A DNA stretch of 63,660 bases, the filler included, from Dugesia japonica (Eukaryota), in NCBI GenBank assembly GCA_001938525.1. It is 7 parts of 7 records of this genome, joined end to end, with 100 filler letters (N's around TTAATTAATTAA, not from the genome) between each part and the next. Parts side by side here need not be neighbours in the genome. Positions count along the whole stretch, not along the records: positions 9,208 to 17,522 come from MQRL01627669.1; positions 17,623 to 25,966 come from MQRL01641981.1; positions 26,067 to 35,215 come from MQRL01437325.1; 4 more parts are not named here. One strand, written 5' to 3'. Shown piece by piece: positions 13,436 to 27,951 of this stretch. The notes under the pieces were generated by a model that worked only from the letters and a program-made list of their open reading frames with translations, searched no databases and was not told the DNA's origin. Both the position numbers and the translations under genes were made by a program. Each line of letters opens with the position of its first letter. The first letter of the stretch is position 1.

Positions 13436-14654
13436 GCGTAATATTTGGTTAAAATTATAAGTGTTTTATTTATTAATTAATAATTAAACTTAATACATGA
13501 ATAATCCAAAAACCGAATAATCTATACACGGATAATCGAAAGTCTATTATATATGAAATTTAACTGTCACATTAATATTCAAAACATTAATAAAAACATT
13601 ATTAATAATAATATTTTTACCAAACAAAACTAATAACCATTAAATTAATTAAAAAATTACATTTATATTAGCAAAATTTATTGATAAAACTTAACTATGT
13701 CAAATTATTATTCACAATACGAGCAATATTTTTCAAATATGTCAGTGGATTCTATGAATTGTAACCAGAAACTATAGTTTTAATAGAATCATCTATTCGT
13801 TGATACGTTTTTCGTTTTTTAGCAAGTGGTTGACCAGTTTCAATTTGATTAACGGTTACACGAATAGTTAATTAATATCATTTATATTTTGTCATAATAT
13901 ATTATGTCATGGAGATTCAAATTATAAGTAGGTGTTTATTAAATTAATTATTTGTTTGTATTTTTTTTAGATAATATAAATTTTAATATAATATGCAAAT
14001 AATAGGATAAATTTAAATGGTTTTTATGAAAATACTATTGAAAATGAAATTATGAAAACAGGTCATAATTTATTGATTTTATTTTAAAATTAAAGAAAAT
14101 TTAATGATTTCTTTTAATTTTTTATTTAAAATTATCTATTTCATTAAAATTAAGGAAAAGCTTCGATCAAAATGAAATGTATTTTTATAGAAATTTAAAT
14201 TTTCGACAATTGTCTTTTCCAGGAATATGATGACTTTTTCATAGATTCCAAACGATTATAGATCTTTTATACAAAATTCTTTATATTTTATCAAAACTTT
14301 TATTGATCTATTTTAATAATAAATTTTGATTGTAAATTAAATCTCAAAATCTTTTAATTAAATCGAAAAATCTCTCATATGTTTAATTATTAGTTGGGTT
14401 TTGATTTTTTTATAAAATTTTTTTATATTTGAAATTTTTCAATTACAATTATCATAAATTATTATAATTTTCTCGATTTAATTTTTTATTAATATAGAAT
14501 CTTAAATTATTTTTAAAAAACGTTTTATATAAACTTATTCTTATCATTTTATTAAATTTAGATATAATCTTTAAATATATTTGTTTAAATATTATTGATT
14601 TATTTAATTTCAATTTACTTTGATAAAAACAACTTTTGAGATACAAAATCTAAC

Positions 14655-16850
14655 TGGCGACCATGTAGAAGTTAGTGTCATTACTAGACTAAGGAAAGAA
14701 GAGTGACAAAAGATTTTTAAAAATCTTCCTCTAGCTTCTCAAATAATGCTTATTCCAAAGCCTACATTTTTTATGGCTCTTCAGATACTGCAGAAGATTG
14801 GATCTAAACCACCGAAGAATTTGCCATATTTAATCAAATGGGAATTTATTTTGCATTTGTTATGCTATTACGAGTCGATGCCAAGGAATTGTGGCTAGAA
14901 AAAAAAACACAAATGAGTACTTCAATACAACTGAAAATTTTAAAAGTTGGTTTCGATCAATATTTATAAATGATAAATTACTAGTTGAAATAATTACAGA
15001 TCTATCATCAGTTAAATAAAGGATTGATGAAAAATATCGGAATTTTGAAATAAGAGTAAATAANCTTGTCTACAATGTATTTAAAAGCAAATGATCACCA
15101 GAGAAAATATCAAGAGTTTTTATTCTGAATGAATTAAGAAGTGAAAAGTTAAAAGAGTCCTTTAAACTCCAACCAAATTTAAATGATGAAAAACGTCGAG
15201 AATTGGCTTTAAACCTTGATAAATGTGTAGGAAAAAGTAATGTAAATGTTGTCAACTAAAGCTACGCAAGTGCATTTTAAAACATCAGATTTTGAACGAA
15301 AATATAATAAATTGTGAAGTGATTACAGAAGACAATATTTTCATCACAAAGAAAATAGTCCAAAATAATCTACTATTTATAGAAAACCGGCAAACAATTC
15401 AAGGATTGGTAGCAATATGCAACAATTAAGAGATATAACTGAAGACCAAAGAAAGGAATTTCCAAAGCATTCTCTGAAATATGTAGCAACAAAAATTTAT
15501 AATAGATGTAATGGTAAAGCTACTCCCGTTGCTACAGCCCGTTGCTTGTTTTTGCCGTGGAGAAACAAACTATAGAAGAATAAACTGTTCTTTAAAAAAT
15601 AAGTGTTTATTATGCGATAAAGAAGGCCAAGCTTTCAGAAATTTTGCAATATTACAAAGAGGGCACAGTAATCAAAGAATATTATGTATAGCAGAACAAG
15701 ACTCTTTAAATGAATGTGACTCATTAATTGATTTTGAACATGATGCAATAAATACTTAAGAAACTAATGAAAAAAATGTTCATCAACCCACTGTATCCAT
15801 GTTATCAGTGAGGTTGCATTAAATAATTTCAAAGAAAAAAATCGAGATATCAATAGAAGACCTAATGTTAAGCGGATGTATCAAAAACGTCATGGTAGAA
15901 ATTGAAGCAGTATAAATTGTAATAGAATTAACGTAAAGATGTTATGGGATTCTGGAGCTCTGTCTCAATGATGAGTGAAGAAATTTGGAAGAAGATTGGT
16001 TCACCAAAATTCAATTTTCAAATGTAATTCTAGCTGGAGTATTTTCTGATAAAAGTGAAAAATGTATAGGAAAAGCCAGAATTAAATTATTTTGGAAAAA
16101 AAGCATATGGAGACAGAAATAATTATTGTTAAAGACATTTGTCTAAATATTATTGGTTTTATAAATATGTTGGGTTAGCTGACTCCACAAAGTTAAATTT
16201 AAATGCGTCTACTGAATAGACGTAAATAATCGATTACCCAANNNNNNNNNNNNNNNNNNNNNNNNNNNNNNNNNNNNNNNNNNNNNNNNNNGTATAGCAG
16301 AACAAGACTCTTTAAATGAATGTGACTCATTAATTGATTTTGAACATGATGCAATAAATACTTAAAAAACTAATGAAAAAAATGTTCATAAACCCACTGT
16401 ATCCATATTATCAGCGAGGTTGCATTAAATAATTTCAAAGAGAAAAATCGAGATATCAATAGAAGACCTAATGTTAAGCGGATGTATCAAAAACATGATG
16501 GTAGAAATTGAAGCAGTATAAATTGTAATGGAATTAACGTAGAGATGTTATGGGATTCTGGAGCTCTGTTTCAGTGATGAGTGAAGAAATTTGAAAGAAG
16601 ATTGGTTCACCAAAATTCAATTTTCAAATGTAATGCTAGCTGGAGTATTTTCTGATAAAAGTGAAAAATGTATAGGAAAAGCCAGAATTAAATTATTTTG
16701 CAAAAAAAGCATATGGAGACAGAAATAATTATTGTTAAAGACATTTGTCTAAATATGATTGGTTTTATCAATATGTTGGGTTAGCTGACTTCACAAAGTT
16801 AAATTTAAATGCGTCTACTGAATAGACGTAAATAATCGATTACCCAACTT
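14655..16850 (+). mobile_element. Gypsy-type LTR retrotransposon gag-protease remnant
   Basis: PBS-like TGGCGACCA at 14655; two decayed zinc knuckles (CFCRGETNYRRINC, CLLCDKEGQ); MLWDSGA protease motif at ~15939 and again ~16545 (duplicated across a gap); same architecture as 33356-35215. Confidence 0.7.
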
Positions 16851-17019
16851 TGAAAAAAAAATCTTTATCCACAGTAATACAAACTCGAAAATCCACAAAG
16901 TTTTATTTAAACAAAAAACATCAATTATTAAAAGATAAATCTTCGACCAATTTGGCAAATTTTTGCAAAATTACATTTTTTATAGATGCTTATCATACAC
17001 ACTAAACATCAAATTTATA

Positions 17020-17522
17020 AAGAGAAAAATCCAATAAACTTTTTTATCAAATTAGTTTTTTAATGTGAGCTTTTAAATGTGAAAACTAATTTAATTGAAG
17101 ACTTCACTTTCATTCTGTTTGAAATNNNNNNNNNNNNNNNNNNNNNNNNNNNNNNATGATTCTCTTATATATGTATCCTTACATAAGGTACATGCTATTT
17201 TGTAAGTGATATTTATTTTATTGCATATATTTCTACTATCACAAATGCATTTGGGACCACAAAAACTCTGTCTTGGATGATGTAATTGGTTATCCAAAGG
17301 TGCTTGCGTCTTAAATATAATTCTTAGATTTTGTTTAAGTTTTGATTTTTTTAATAATATTTTGCATGATTTGGCTACATTAATAAATTTCATTTAATTA
17401 TTGTGTTTGTCTTTCGTTTGATCATGCTAAATTTTGTATTCGAGGATAAGTACTTAGATACAACCATTATTTAGACATTTATTTTTTATCAACCTGAGGG
17501 CAGTCAATCTCATTAATTCATT
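17020..17522 (-). mobile_element. Penelope-like GIY-YIG fragment, diverged paralog of 12264-12845
   Basis: FCGPKCICDSRNICNKINITYKIACTLCKDTYIRES aligns with FCGPKCIYDKKNICNVTYKITC...TYICET. Confidence 0.85.
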
Positions 17523-20378
17523 NNNNNNNNNNNNNNNNNNNNNNNNNNNNNNNNNNNNNNNNNNNNTTAATTAATTAANNNNNNNNNNNNNNNNNNNNNN
17601 NNNNNNNNNNNNNNNNNNNNNNAATGTACGCAAATGAGACATTTCATGGTCCAATTTCCTGCAGTTTATAAATAATCCATATTTCGCTGTAGTAATTTCA
17701 AAGACGAATTTTGACATCAATTGTGCATATCTTTTTGGTTTTAAATTTTTACTAGTTTTTCTACGATTTTGTATTAGATTGTTAAAAGAAATAGTGTACA
17801 GAAATGGTGCTTATTTCTGAAAATACATAATACACCAAAACCGATAGGTAAGAAATTAATAATCGCACACATTGTTTATTCCATTCGATCTTTTGGAATC
17901 AAATATAAACTCAATAAATTAATGAAATTAAATATCATTTTAGAATTTTTGCCATTTAGTAAAAATTTCATATTTTCTTTTAATTTCTCTTTACTTTTAC
18001 CTGATAGAAAATTTTAATGTTAATTTATTTATTTGAATTTTATTTATTAGAAATCGTAACATTTAATCATTTGAAACTTGCGAGTGTTGTACCATGTTTA
18101 TTTATGTATAATTTTTTTAACAGAGTTATAAATTTGCGTATTACAGTCAATAAAATATACATGTTCTCACTATTAGTGTGCTTTTATTATGTGTAATAAA
18201 TATTTATTGGTTTTTGAAATGGGTTTAATTTATGTTGAGTAAACGCATTATAATTACAATCATAAATAGGGGAAACTTAATAAAATTATGAAAAATATGG
18301 GACATTTTCTTATTTATATGGCTTGAGATTTTTCATGGAAGAAGAATACGTAACATGTATATATATATGTGTGTGTGTGTGCAATCACTGTATTACATAA
18401 TCAATAAATAGTGATTATAGAAAAAAGTTTTCGCTAAATTTTATCAATTGTTTTGGTAATGATTCACTATAAATGATCATTGAAGTATCGGTTCATTGAG
18501 CTTGTGCAACATATATATATATATTAATTTTGTTTCATTATGTAATTGACGTCATCAATATCGTTTTTACTGCCATCTAGATATTGTTTAACCAGCGATT
18601 TCAATAAAATCACTATCTATATCATAAAAATTGTCATTATTGAAAATTGTTGTCGTAATAACCAAAGATCAATATTTTGAGGATGTTTTGATGTATATTA
18701 AATGACAGTGTTTGAATTGATTCTGAATTCGATTTGTGTTATACAATTAAAATGAGTATAATGAATTACATGACGTTTTGGCATTAGTAAAATTATAGAT
18801 TTATCGTGTATTATTGATAATTATTGTTGATTAAGATTAAAATTTTCCAAATTTCAACATGAATTGTAATATTATTTATTGTAAACACAGAACTTATTGA
18901 TAAATATCATTTATTTCTAAATTGTAAATAAATATTTCAATTTTGAAATATAAAGCATTTCGATTTAATCGATTTGAACTATAATTTACAGTGATGATGC
19001 GAATTGAATTCATTTATCTAATTATTCGACAAATAATTACTCAATTTTAAATTAATAAAAATGGTTTCTAGAATTAAAAGTAAATTGTGGAAAAATTCTG
19101 ATTGAGTATAGATAACTTGAAATAAAAGTCTCTAATTACTGATTGTTTTTCCACTTTTCTGAAATTTTTTACTGAATAAAAAATAGAATTTAATTAACAA
19201 ATATATAATATTAACTTCATGTATCGAGATATGAGAGCTAATTTGAATTAATATGCTTTGTCCTGCACCAACATTCTCAAACAAAGAACTAACAAAATAA
19301 TTGTAAAATATAGGTTGGATTATCTTGATTCTCAAAATATGGTTTTCAATATTTCAGTGTATATGATAATATTTATTGAATTTTAATACAATAAGGCGAT
19401 ACGATGGTTCATTATGCAACATCTAAACTTGTCAGTCATTAATTCAAAATGTATATACTGAAATAAATTTTGTTTGCCGAGGATATAGGTATCAAAGGTT
19501 AATGGGAAACATAATAGTAGATGAAGGTATGATCACTTTGACAATTTTTATTGAAAATTATATGAAGAATAACTTTTCAGTAAAGTCTTATCTTAAACAT
19601 GTAATGATTTTTATTATGCTATAAAAATTTCAAGAAAACATTTTAAATGATAATTCTTATTGGATTTCCTAAAAAATTTCTATTAATTAATCGATTACAT
19701 AANNNNNNNNNNNNNNNNNNNNNNNNNNNNNNNNNNNNNNNNNNNNNNNNNNNNNNNNNNNNNNNNNNNNNNNNNNNNNNNNNNNNNNNNNNNNNNNNNN
19801 NNNNNNNNNNNNNNNNNNNNNNNNNNNNNNNNNNNNNNNNNNNNNNNNNNNNNNNNNNNNNNNNNNNNTATTAATTTTCAGAACATAAAAAAGAAAATTT
19901 TCAAATCATTAAGGTAACACCTGATTTGAATACATCAACTTTATGATTCTCATGTATCATTTGTAATTTTACTACTTTTGTGCATTATTATTTGTAGTAA
20001 CTTGATTGAACCAATATAGTCACGAATATGTTTTTTATCAACAAGAACTTTATAGAAAAAATGGCTATTTTTTCATCTGAATCTAATAAAGAAATTATCT
20101 GTAAATTGCAATTGGTACTAACCGATGTCAACAGAAAATAAGTTTCTCACCAATTAATAATTATTTTAATTTTATGTTGGAGTATCACATTATTGGTGCA
20201 TAACATCAAGTAAACAAACATTCACACAAATATACTATGTAATAAATAATGTTTTATTTATTTTTTTTATTTGTATTCTTTACAAATCTAAAAAATATGA
20301 GTCCAAAAGTTTTTATTTTTTTTCCAAGTTTATCTCATATTGACTTTTATAGCTTTATAACTTTTTGATAACTTGTTA

Positions 20379-20380
<2 letters not shown>

Positions 20381-20416
<36 letters not shown>
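20381..20416. repeat. (TAT/ATA)n microsatellite; also ~25875-25966, 49196-49455, 53995-54185
   Basis: Pure trinucleotide runs abutting N gaps. Confidence 0.95.
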
Positions 20417-21437
20417 NNNNNNNNNNNNNNNNNNNNNNNNNNNNNNNNNNNNNNNNNNNNNNNNNNNNNNNNNNNNNNNNNNNNNNNNNNNNNNNNNNNN
20501 NNNNNNNNNNNNNNNNNNNNNNNNNNNNNNNNNNNNNNNNNNNNNNNNNNNNNNNNNNNNNNNNNNNNNNNNNNNNNNNNNNNNNNNNNNNNNNNNNNNN
20601 NNNNNNNNNNNNNNNNNNTGTCCTTTTTAAATGGCTTTAAATAAATAATTTGTATTACTAAAACTTCAGCTAATTACAATTGATTTAATTTTGCTTGCAA
20701 TATTTGGTGCTAACATTTTCACGTGGGAAATAATCTTTCAGGTAAAATAATGAGTGATAATAACGTCAAAATTCTAAATATTGATTACTTATTAGTGAAA
20801 TTTTGTATTTAAAATTAATTTCATCTAATTTTTATTTTAAATTTTATAATATGTAAAAATAAAATAAGTTTAAAGGATTATTCAAGTTCATTTAAAAAAC
20901 ATTTTTACTACATATGAAAGGCTTTTAGCCGAAGTCAAATGGTATTAAATATTGAGTATTTTACAAATTTGTATTGATTTTAATTATTCTTTTAATAAAT
21001 CTTTCTGTGTACAATTAAAAATTTGAAGTTGACTTTTGTTTTCAAANNNNNNNNNNNNNNNNNNNNNNNNNNNNNNNNNNNNNNNNNNNNNNNNNNNNNN
21101 NNNNNNNNNNNNNNNNNNNNNNNNNNNNNNNNNNNNNNNNNNNNNNNNNNNNNNNNNNNNNNNNNNNNNNNNNNNNNNNNNNNNNNNNNNNNNNNNNNNN
21201 NNNNNNNNNNNNNNNNNNNNNNNNNNNNNAATAGAATTTTACAAATATTTTTTTATAAATATTCAATTTAAAATAACTTTCATTTCGTACAGATTATAGA
21301 ATTTCTAATCTTAAGTAAATAGTAACAATTAAATTTATATTAAATGTTTTGTCAAAGTTGAATTTTTAATTTACGAGTATAATGATAAACTTTTCTCGAT
21401 TTTTATTTTAGGAAATAATGTTATTTAGTGGTTTATA

Positions 21438-22674
21438 TTAGGTGACCGAAAAGTAATGTCGTTTCTGCGCATCTCAATATTTTTTCTACCATTTATAAGC
21501 TCATTATGTACTTTAAAGTCGTGCCGAGGACATTTAAAGGTTAAAGTGACTTGTTTACTTGTAAATAATTAAATCTTAAATTTTCTTTTGCAATTTTAGA
21601 TGAAATAGCCAGCCCAAAACCAGAATAAGTACATATCCGACATTGTATGCTTTTTGAGTTTCACAGGGGTAGTAACTCAACAGTTGCTACGAAAAACATT
21701 TGCAATATTTATCCAAGCGCATTAGATATTTGTAAATGTTTAAGGTGATTTTTAAGTTCAGATCCGGTTTTTTTGATATTTCCAACTCGTTTCGATCAAG
21801 AAGATTAACAACTTTAGACACTGGCGTGTTAAGGACGAAGCGGAAGCAAATCCGTGTTAGACAATCGAGAAACTTTTTAATACTCTTAACCAACCTTGGT
21901 CAATCATTCAAGAAAATTTTCAGCAGATTAGTAAAGTAAGCAGAGCAAGTGTTTTGGTCCCGCATAATCTGTCCAAAGAAAACAAAGTTAATCGATCCAT
22001 CACATGAAACCTATTGCTTCAATCGTACAATACAGAAGCGTTTCTTGATTGCTTGATCATTGGAAATGAAAAATGGATCCTCTATAATAATCCACTATGC
22101 AAAAAACAGTAGCTTTCTGAATTAATCGCCACGAAGTACTGCTAAACCAGTTTGGCGCTTTTGCGTGTTTGGTGGAGTATTCGCAGAATTGTTCATTTTG
22201 AAGTGCTAAAACCTTGATAAACTGTGAATTCAGACCCTTACTGTGAACAACTGGATCGAGTAAATCAATCTTTAATCGAAAAGTTTCCGGCGATTGTCAA
22301 CAAAATAGGCGTTATTTTTCAACACGATTACTACCCAAGTGAACTCTCGAAAAAATTAATGAATTGGGGTGGTAGATAATGCCTTACCCAACATACTCGC
22401 CAAACATTTCACCTTTAGATTTCCATTTATTCCAATAGCTACAACATTTTCTATGTGGCAAAAAATTTGGATAATATCTAAAATGTTATTTTCAGATATT
22501 TTGCTCGAAAACCAATTGATTTTTATCGATTCAGCATTGAAAATTTGTACTCTAGATGGTAAAAAGTTGTTGATAACTAGGGTGATTACATCATTGATTA
22601 AAAATAAAAACTTGTTAAAATTTATTTGTTCGAATTTAATGTAAAGGAATGACATTACTTTCCGGTCCCCTTAA
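21438..22674 (+). mobile_element. Near full-length defective mariner element with TIRs and TA TSD
   Basis: TA|TTAGGTGACCGAAAAGTAATGTCG at the left matches ATGACATTACTTTCCGGTCCCCTTAA|TA at the right; ~1.24 kb; motifs HIRHCMLFEF, LVPHNL (WVPHEL), IGNEKW (TGDEKW), QHD, YSPNISPLDFHLF; many stops. Confidence 0.92.
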
Positions 22675-24379
22675 TATTTTATGATAATAAGAATTGTGGT
22701 GTTGAGATCTTGTATTTCCCAAATTAAATAAAAAAACTATCCAACAATAAAAATGTTTGAATGTTTCATAAGTATATTCAATTATCTAAATATTTCCATA
22801 AAAATTGTATTTTTCTTTTTCATCATTGAATATAAAGCTTTTGCTCGAATTATTACTATTAATAAAAACAGCTTGAATTTAGTATTCTAGTGGGATTATT
22901 TATTTTCTATTCATTATCATGTAGAGCTTTTTACTCTCAGCAGCCATTATATTGATTTTAGTGCTTTTAACCCTTTCACATATACAAAAAATTAATATTT
23001 AGGAAATTATGTTAGTAATGCACGTTTAAAAATTAAACTAAAGTCATAATTCGTATAACTACAAACATAAATCAATACTACCAATATTATTGAATTGGTC
23101 TGCATTAATTTCCACGAGCTTTAGAAATTAATGAAGCTACTGAAGTAGAAAATATATTTGATTCAAATATTTCCTATGCTTTAATACAGTGTTTGTCAAC
23201 ACAACTGATACTGCAAACCAGTAAAAGTTTTAAGCTTATATTGCAGACCACAAAAAAGTTGCATAAAAAATGTAAAAAAGTGCAGGTCTTTTTAGTAATT
23301 CGCTGACTAATTACCTAAATTTTAGGTACAGTATAACAACACCAATTTCATATAACTGACAGAAAGTGCTGGCAAATGTAAACTCTCAATCGTACTAGAT
23401 GAATACATAGGACTTTTTACTTTAAGCAATTACTCGGTGTTTTCAGTTGTATGAATTATTATTGCCATTAAAAAATGTGTAATAATAATTTAAAGGTTGT
23501 AAAGTTATGTTATAAATATAAAGTTCACCACTAAAATTTTTCTGCGAACCATTGCTTTAAAAGGTTAAAGAAACTACATATTCATTTGCTTTTAATTCNN
23601 NNNNTTCTAGTTGTTTTTTAAATTATCGGACAATTTTTACGTAATATTTAAACTTTTTTTTTATTGATTTTCTTTAGAAGATTATTGTCAAAAATTTCTA
23701 AGCTGCTAAACCGAAGTAAAAAGTTAAATAGTATAAATTCTCCAGTATAAATTAGTGATTATTACAAGTTATGGATTCAAATGTATGGTATTTCAATATC
23801 ACTTTGTTATATTATAAATAGACTNCCAACCACTACAAATCAAGTTGATAAAATTGACATTAAATTTCTAATAATTTGTAATAAATATGAATTTCTAAAA
23901 TTTCTACTTTTGCATCATAATTTATTTATATAGCAATTGTTTTTAATCAATTATAAATAAAAAAAATTACCTATTTTTATTATTATAAACTCTAAAACGC
24001 CATTTCAATGTATATTTTTGTAAATCATGTTTTGACAGAATATCTAATCCTTTTAAAAGCGCTTAAATATTAAAAGTTCTGATTGTATAACTAATTATGA
24101 AATTTCTCCAATAAATCAAATTAATAAAAAAAATTCAATAAAGATCTGGAAAGACCTGTTAGAACATTAATTTTTTGATCAATTGATTTATTCATCAATG
24201 GTTCACACATAACTCTCTCCCACCATTATCATTATCATTATTTTTTTCCAATTAAATTCTAATAACATCTATGTATATTTTATTATATGTATTTACATGT
24301 ATTCTATTTAATTAAATGTATTGCGGAATAGTAGCAATAACTTATGTTTAGCTTTAAAATTTATTTTATTGTTTTTTAC

Positions 24380-25260
24380 AATGTTTTCTTTTATGTTTGT
24401 CATACGCGTAAACTAATTTTCAAAGCCTTTCTGCCATAGCAAATAGGTTATTGAAAATATGAGTTTTCAACTCACTAATTTCTTTATCTCGTGTCGATAT
24501 ACATTGCCTTTACAGTCTGTTATTCATACATGGAAACAAAGAAAAATCATTAGGAGCCAAATCAGAATTATACGGCTGGAGAACTCATAATTTTGCTGTT
24601 TTTGAGTTCTTAAAAAACTAATTGTATGCACTGATGTGTATGAGGTTGCATTGTCATAGTGGAGAATGGTCCTGCATCACGCATTGTTTTTTCTTATTTC
24701 TCTAAAGACTTCTGACAAAAAATGGTGTCTTTCAGAATTGACAGTTCCACGAGCTTTTAAAATCACGCTTTCAACAGGTTCAGATTTTCAGTAAACCAGG
24801 TGACAATTCAATTTGAAATGCTTCGGGATTAACGACTTTTGTAGGATTTCGTTCATCTTGAAAGATTTATACAGTCGACTGATGTTTATTTTCTGACTGA
24901 TAATTATTTTAACAATTTTGAACCACCGTAATTGTATATATTAAGTATCTCTGTCAACTAATCCGCATGAGCCTTTCTTATGTGATCGTTAACTTATGTG
25001 GGATTCCACAAGCACAATTTTTTCACGGCGATATATTCGCGTGAAATTGAATTTATGTTAATCATAACACTGCCAAAGTATACCCGAATTTAACAATAAG
25101 TCATATTGCAATCGATCATAATAAGTTCTCGTAAGGCATCAATGTTTGCTGATACCACAACTGATTTGAGACGGTTTTCTTTTAATTCATCCGCCAGTGA
25201 ACTATGACTACGGTTATATATATTTATATGTTTATATCGCGGATCTAGTGTTTCATAATG
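24380..25260 (-). mobile_element. Degraded mariner transposase from a different lineage
   Basis: KSVVVSANIDALRELIM, WIPH-like (~24997-25010), LHYDNATS (~24641-24665), PYNSDLAP (~24553-24575). Confidence 0.82.
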
Positions 25261-25909
25261 AAAATGTTTAGATAACGCGCATTTAATAGATCCTTCACTT
25301 ATTATATAATAGATAGTTGTTTTCGAGCACAATTCATTTTTTTCTTTTAATGAGCTTTTTTGTCTAGATAACTCGCACGTTATCCATTTGAAGTTTTTAT
25401 ATTTTTTTCAATTTAAAAATTGAAAACTTTGATTAATCTTTCATTGGTTCAAATATTTTAATTTGCTAAATTTCTCTGACAAAATTAAAATTTGCAAAAT
25501 TAAAATCTAATTTAACATAAATATAGTTTCATATTTCAAAATTTTGCAGTGTTTTTTTTCTGAAGTCATTTAAAACTTTTTATTGAAATTATTTAAAATA
25601 ATAATTTTTGATAAAATGTAGTTTTCGTAGTTTTTCCAAATTTTGTTGGTTGTTTAACTTTTTAGCTAATTTAAGTTGGTTCAAATATAGATTATTTTTT
25701 AATATGGAAACTTCTGGATTTTCACTAATACAAAAAGGAATAACTTTTTCGTTATTATTATTGAATTTTTTAAACCCAATCATTATTTTCACTATTATAG
25801 TTTTTTAAATTATTTCCGAAATTTTCAAATATATTTTCAAAATTGCCGAATTTGAAATATTTTTAAGTTTCTGTTATTATTATTATTATTAGTTTTATTA
25901 TCATTATTA

Positions 25910-25966
<57 letters not shown>

Positions 25967-26609
25967 NNNNNNNNNNNNNNNNNNNNNNNNNNNNNNNNNN
26001 NNNNNNNNNNTTAATTAATTAANNNNNNNNNNNNNNNNNNNNNNNNNNNNNNNNNNNNNNNNNNNNTTTATATAATTTTGGGTTCAACTTTTAATAAAAA
26101 AAAGTATTTTGAGCATTTAAATTTAGAAAAAATATTCTTAGTATGCGATCGTTGTCAGAAAAAAAGATTGCTGAGCGGCCGTTAATAAAATTTTGCGCAC
26201 CACTGCCTTACGTTAATACAAGTTGAAAGTATGTTAGAATCATTTAATTTGATGTTAAGAATAAATTATCATAATTAAATAATCTGAATATATCATCTGA
26301 AAATAAATTATTATTTTTAAAGAGTGTTAGATGAGTTTGTTACACTCATCGTTGAATTAATAAAACCAACACTTGAAAAGGTTAAAAGCTAACTGAAAAA
26401 AACAAGAAACAAACAAAGAAGAATTCAATAAAGAATAAGATAAAGCAGAAGCATACAAAGAGGAAACATATAACAAAGAAACAGGTAAAGAAACAGTTAA
26501 AGACCGAGTTAAAAAAAACTATCAAAAAGCTTTGGAAAGAAACTTTCAAATGTTATGGAAAATGGGTCAAGATATAAACAATCTCTCTGTTTGTATTTAA
26601 ATTATCATT

Positions 26610-26927
26610 ATGAAATTTAAACAAAGTCTTCCATTTTTTAATATATTGCTAACGGTTCAAAAAGAGTCTACAAGGGAATTGTTACAGTTATTTCCAACAT
26701 TTCTTAGAGATAGTTTGTTAGAGATTATTGTGAATATTGTTTGTGGTAATTTAATTATAAATAAAAAATTAACTAGAATTACAACGACATAGAAAATTAT
26801 TGCTTTCAATTTTAAATACAAAGAATAGAAAATTGATGAGAAAAATAATGTTTAAACACAAGAGTGGATTCCTTGCTGCTCTATTACCAATTGCATTAGC
26901 AGCATTAGGACTAGTATATTTTACTTA
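26610..26927 (+). pseudogene. Polinton small protein ending in GFLAALLPIALAALG
   Basis: Frameshifted ORF; ortholog at 56306-56625 (QKDGFIAALLPITLAALG). Confidence 0.65.
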
Positions 26928-26989
26928 AACAATGGATAAATTGCAATCATTGTCAAGAATTTATCTTAAATTTATATTAAATTGTTGTA

Positions 26990-27925
26990 ATGAACAAAAT
27001 TGAACGAATATGGACAGATCCAAAAAATCCAGCAGGGTTCATGAGAGTGGAAAAACTATGGAAATCAACACACAATTCAAAAACCCCGATGAAAAAGTGT
27101 TTATCGAACCAGCTAGCATACAGTCTGAACAAGCCAATGTTGGAAAGATTCTCAACAAGACCTTTGCTATTGATGATTTATGGCAAATGAATTTGATGGA
27201 CATAATATCTTATTCGAGTATTAATAAAGTATACAAGTATATTTTGACATATGTTGATGTATTTAGTAGATTTGAAAGAGTTGTACCCATAAAATCAAAA
27301 TCTGCTTATGAAATGGAAGCTGTGATCAACAAAATCTTTAAAGAGGGGCATCCAGGTAATTTCCCAACTGATTTGGGAAAAGAATTTTATAATTCAAAAG
27401 TCAAGATTATTATTATTCATCTCAAGATTAATCATTATTCTGTATTGTCTCCCTACAAAGCAGCATATGTTGAAGATTTAATCGAGCATTGAGTGTACAT
27501 TGAAAAATTACTTTGTAGACACTAGTAATAAAACGTGAATACATGTTTTATCGAAATTAATCGATACAAGTCACAAAAGATTAAATGGAGCAAGTTATGT
27601 TAATGTATCAATGAAATTCGATGAAATTATGGCTTTTGAGAAAACAATCAAAATTAATCAAAAAACCAAAATTTGAAGTTGGTGATCATGTTAGAATCTA
27701 AAAAATATCAGCTTCACAATTTATCAAGAATTTCGATAGTAATTGGAGTGATGAAGTGTTCCAAATATCAAAAATCAATACAAAGCAGAATACAATCATG
27801 TATGTGATTAAAGACATTGAAGAACATATCATTATCAGATCAAAGAAAATTGGATAGTATAAACAATTATTTGTAAAGTAGCATGAATTTTAAAAACCAA
27901 GTTGAATATGAGCATCTCAAGTAAT
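26990..27925 (+). pseudogene. Polinton retroviral-like integrase with C-terminal chromodomain remnant
   Basis: DPKNPAGF, DDLWQMNL, YILTYVDVFSRF, TDLGKEF, KPKFEVGDHVR, NWSDEVF, LFVK*. Confidence 0.9.
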
Positions 27926-27951
27926 AAATTAAACAATGAAGAAAATGAAAA

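Noticed and set aside
13528-13548. pogo/Tigger-like TIR remnant (CGGATAATCGAAAGTCTATTA)
   Set aside because: No partner TIR or transposase found.
15686-16846. Tandem duplication of the gag-protease segment
   Set aside because: Near-identical copies flank a 50-N gap; probably uncollapsed haplotypes or overlap. Similar gap-flanking duplicates at ~44215-44395, 48415-48500, 57107-57290 and 61880-62035.
19647-21299. ORFs made of X or poly-I/Y/N (also 49074-49473, 52537-52907, 53951-54233)
   Set aside because: Artefacts of N gaps and AAT microsatellites.
17623-21400. Possible host exons (e.g. AG..GT-bounded 19881-19912)
   Set aside because: Too short and gap-ridden; no coding signature.
22967-23568. 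piggyBac-like MITE (TTAA CCCTTT ... AAAAGG TTAA)
   Set aside because: Inverted match only ~6 bp with a mismatch; no other support.
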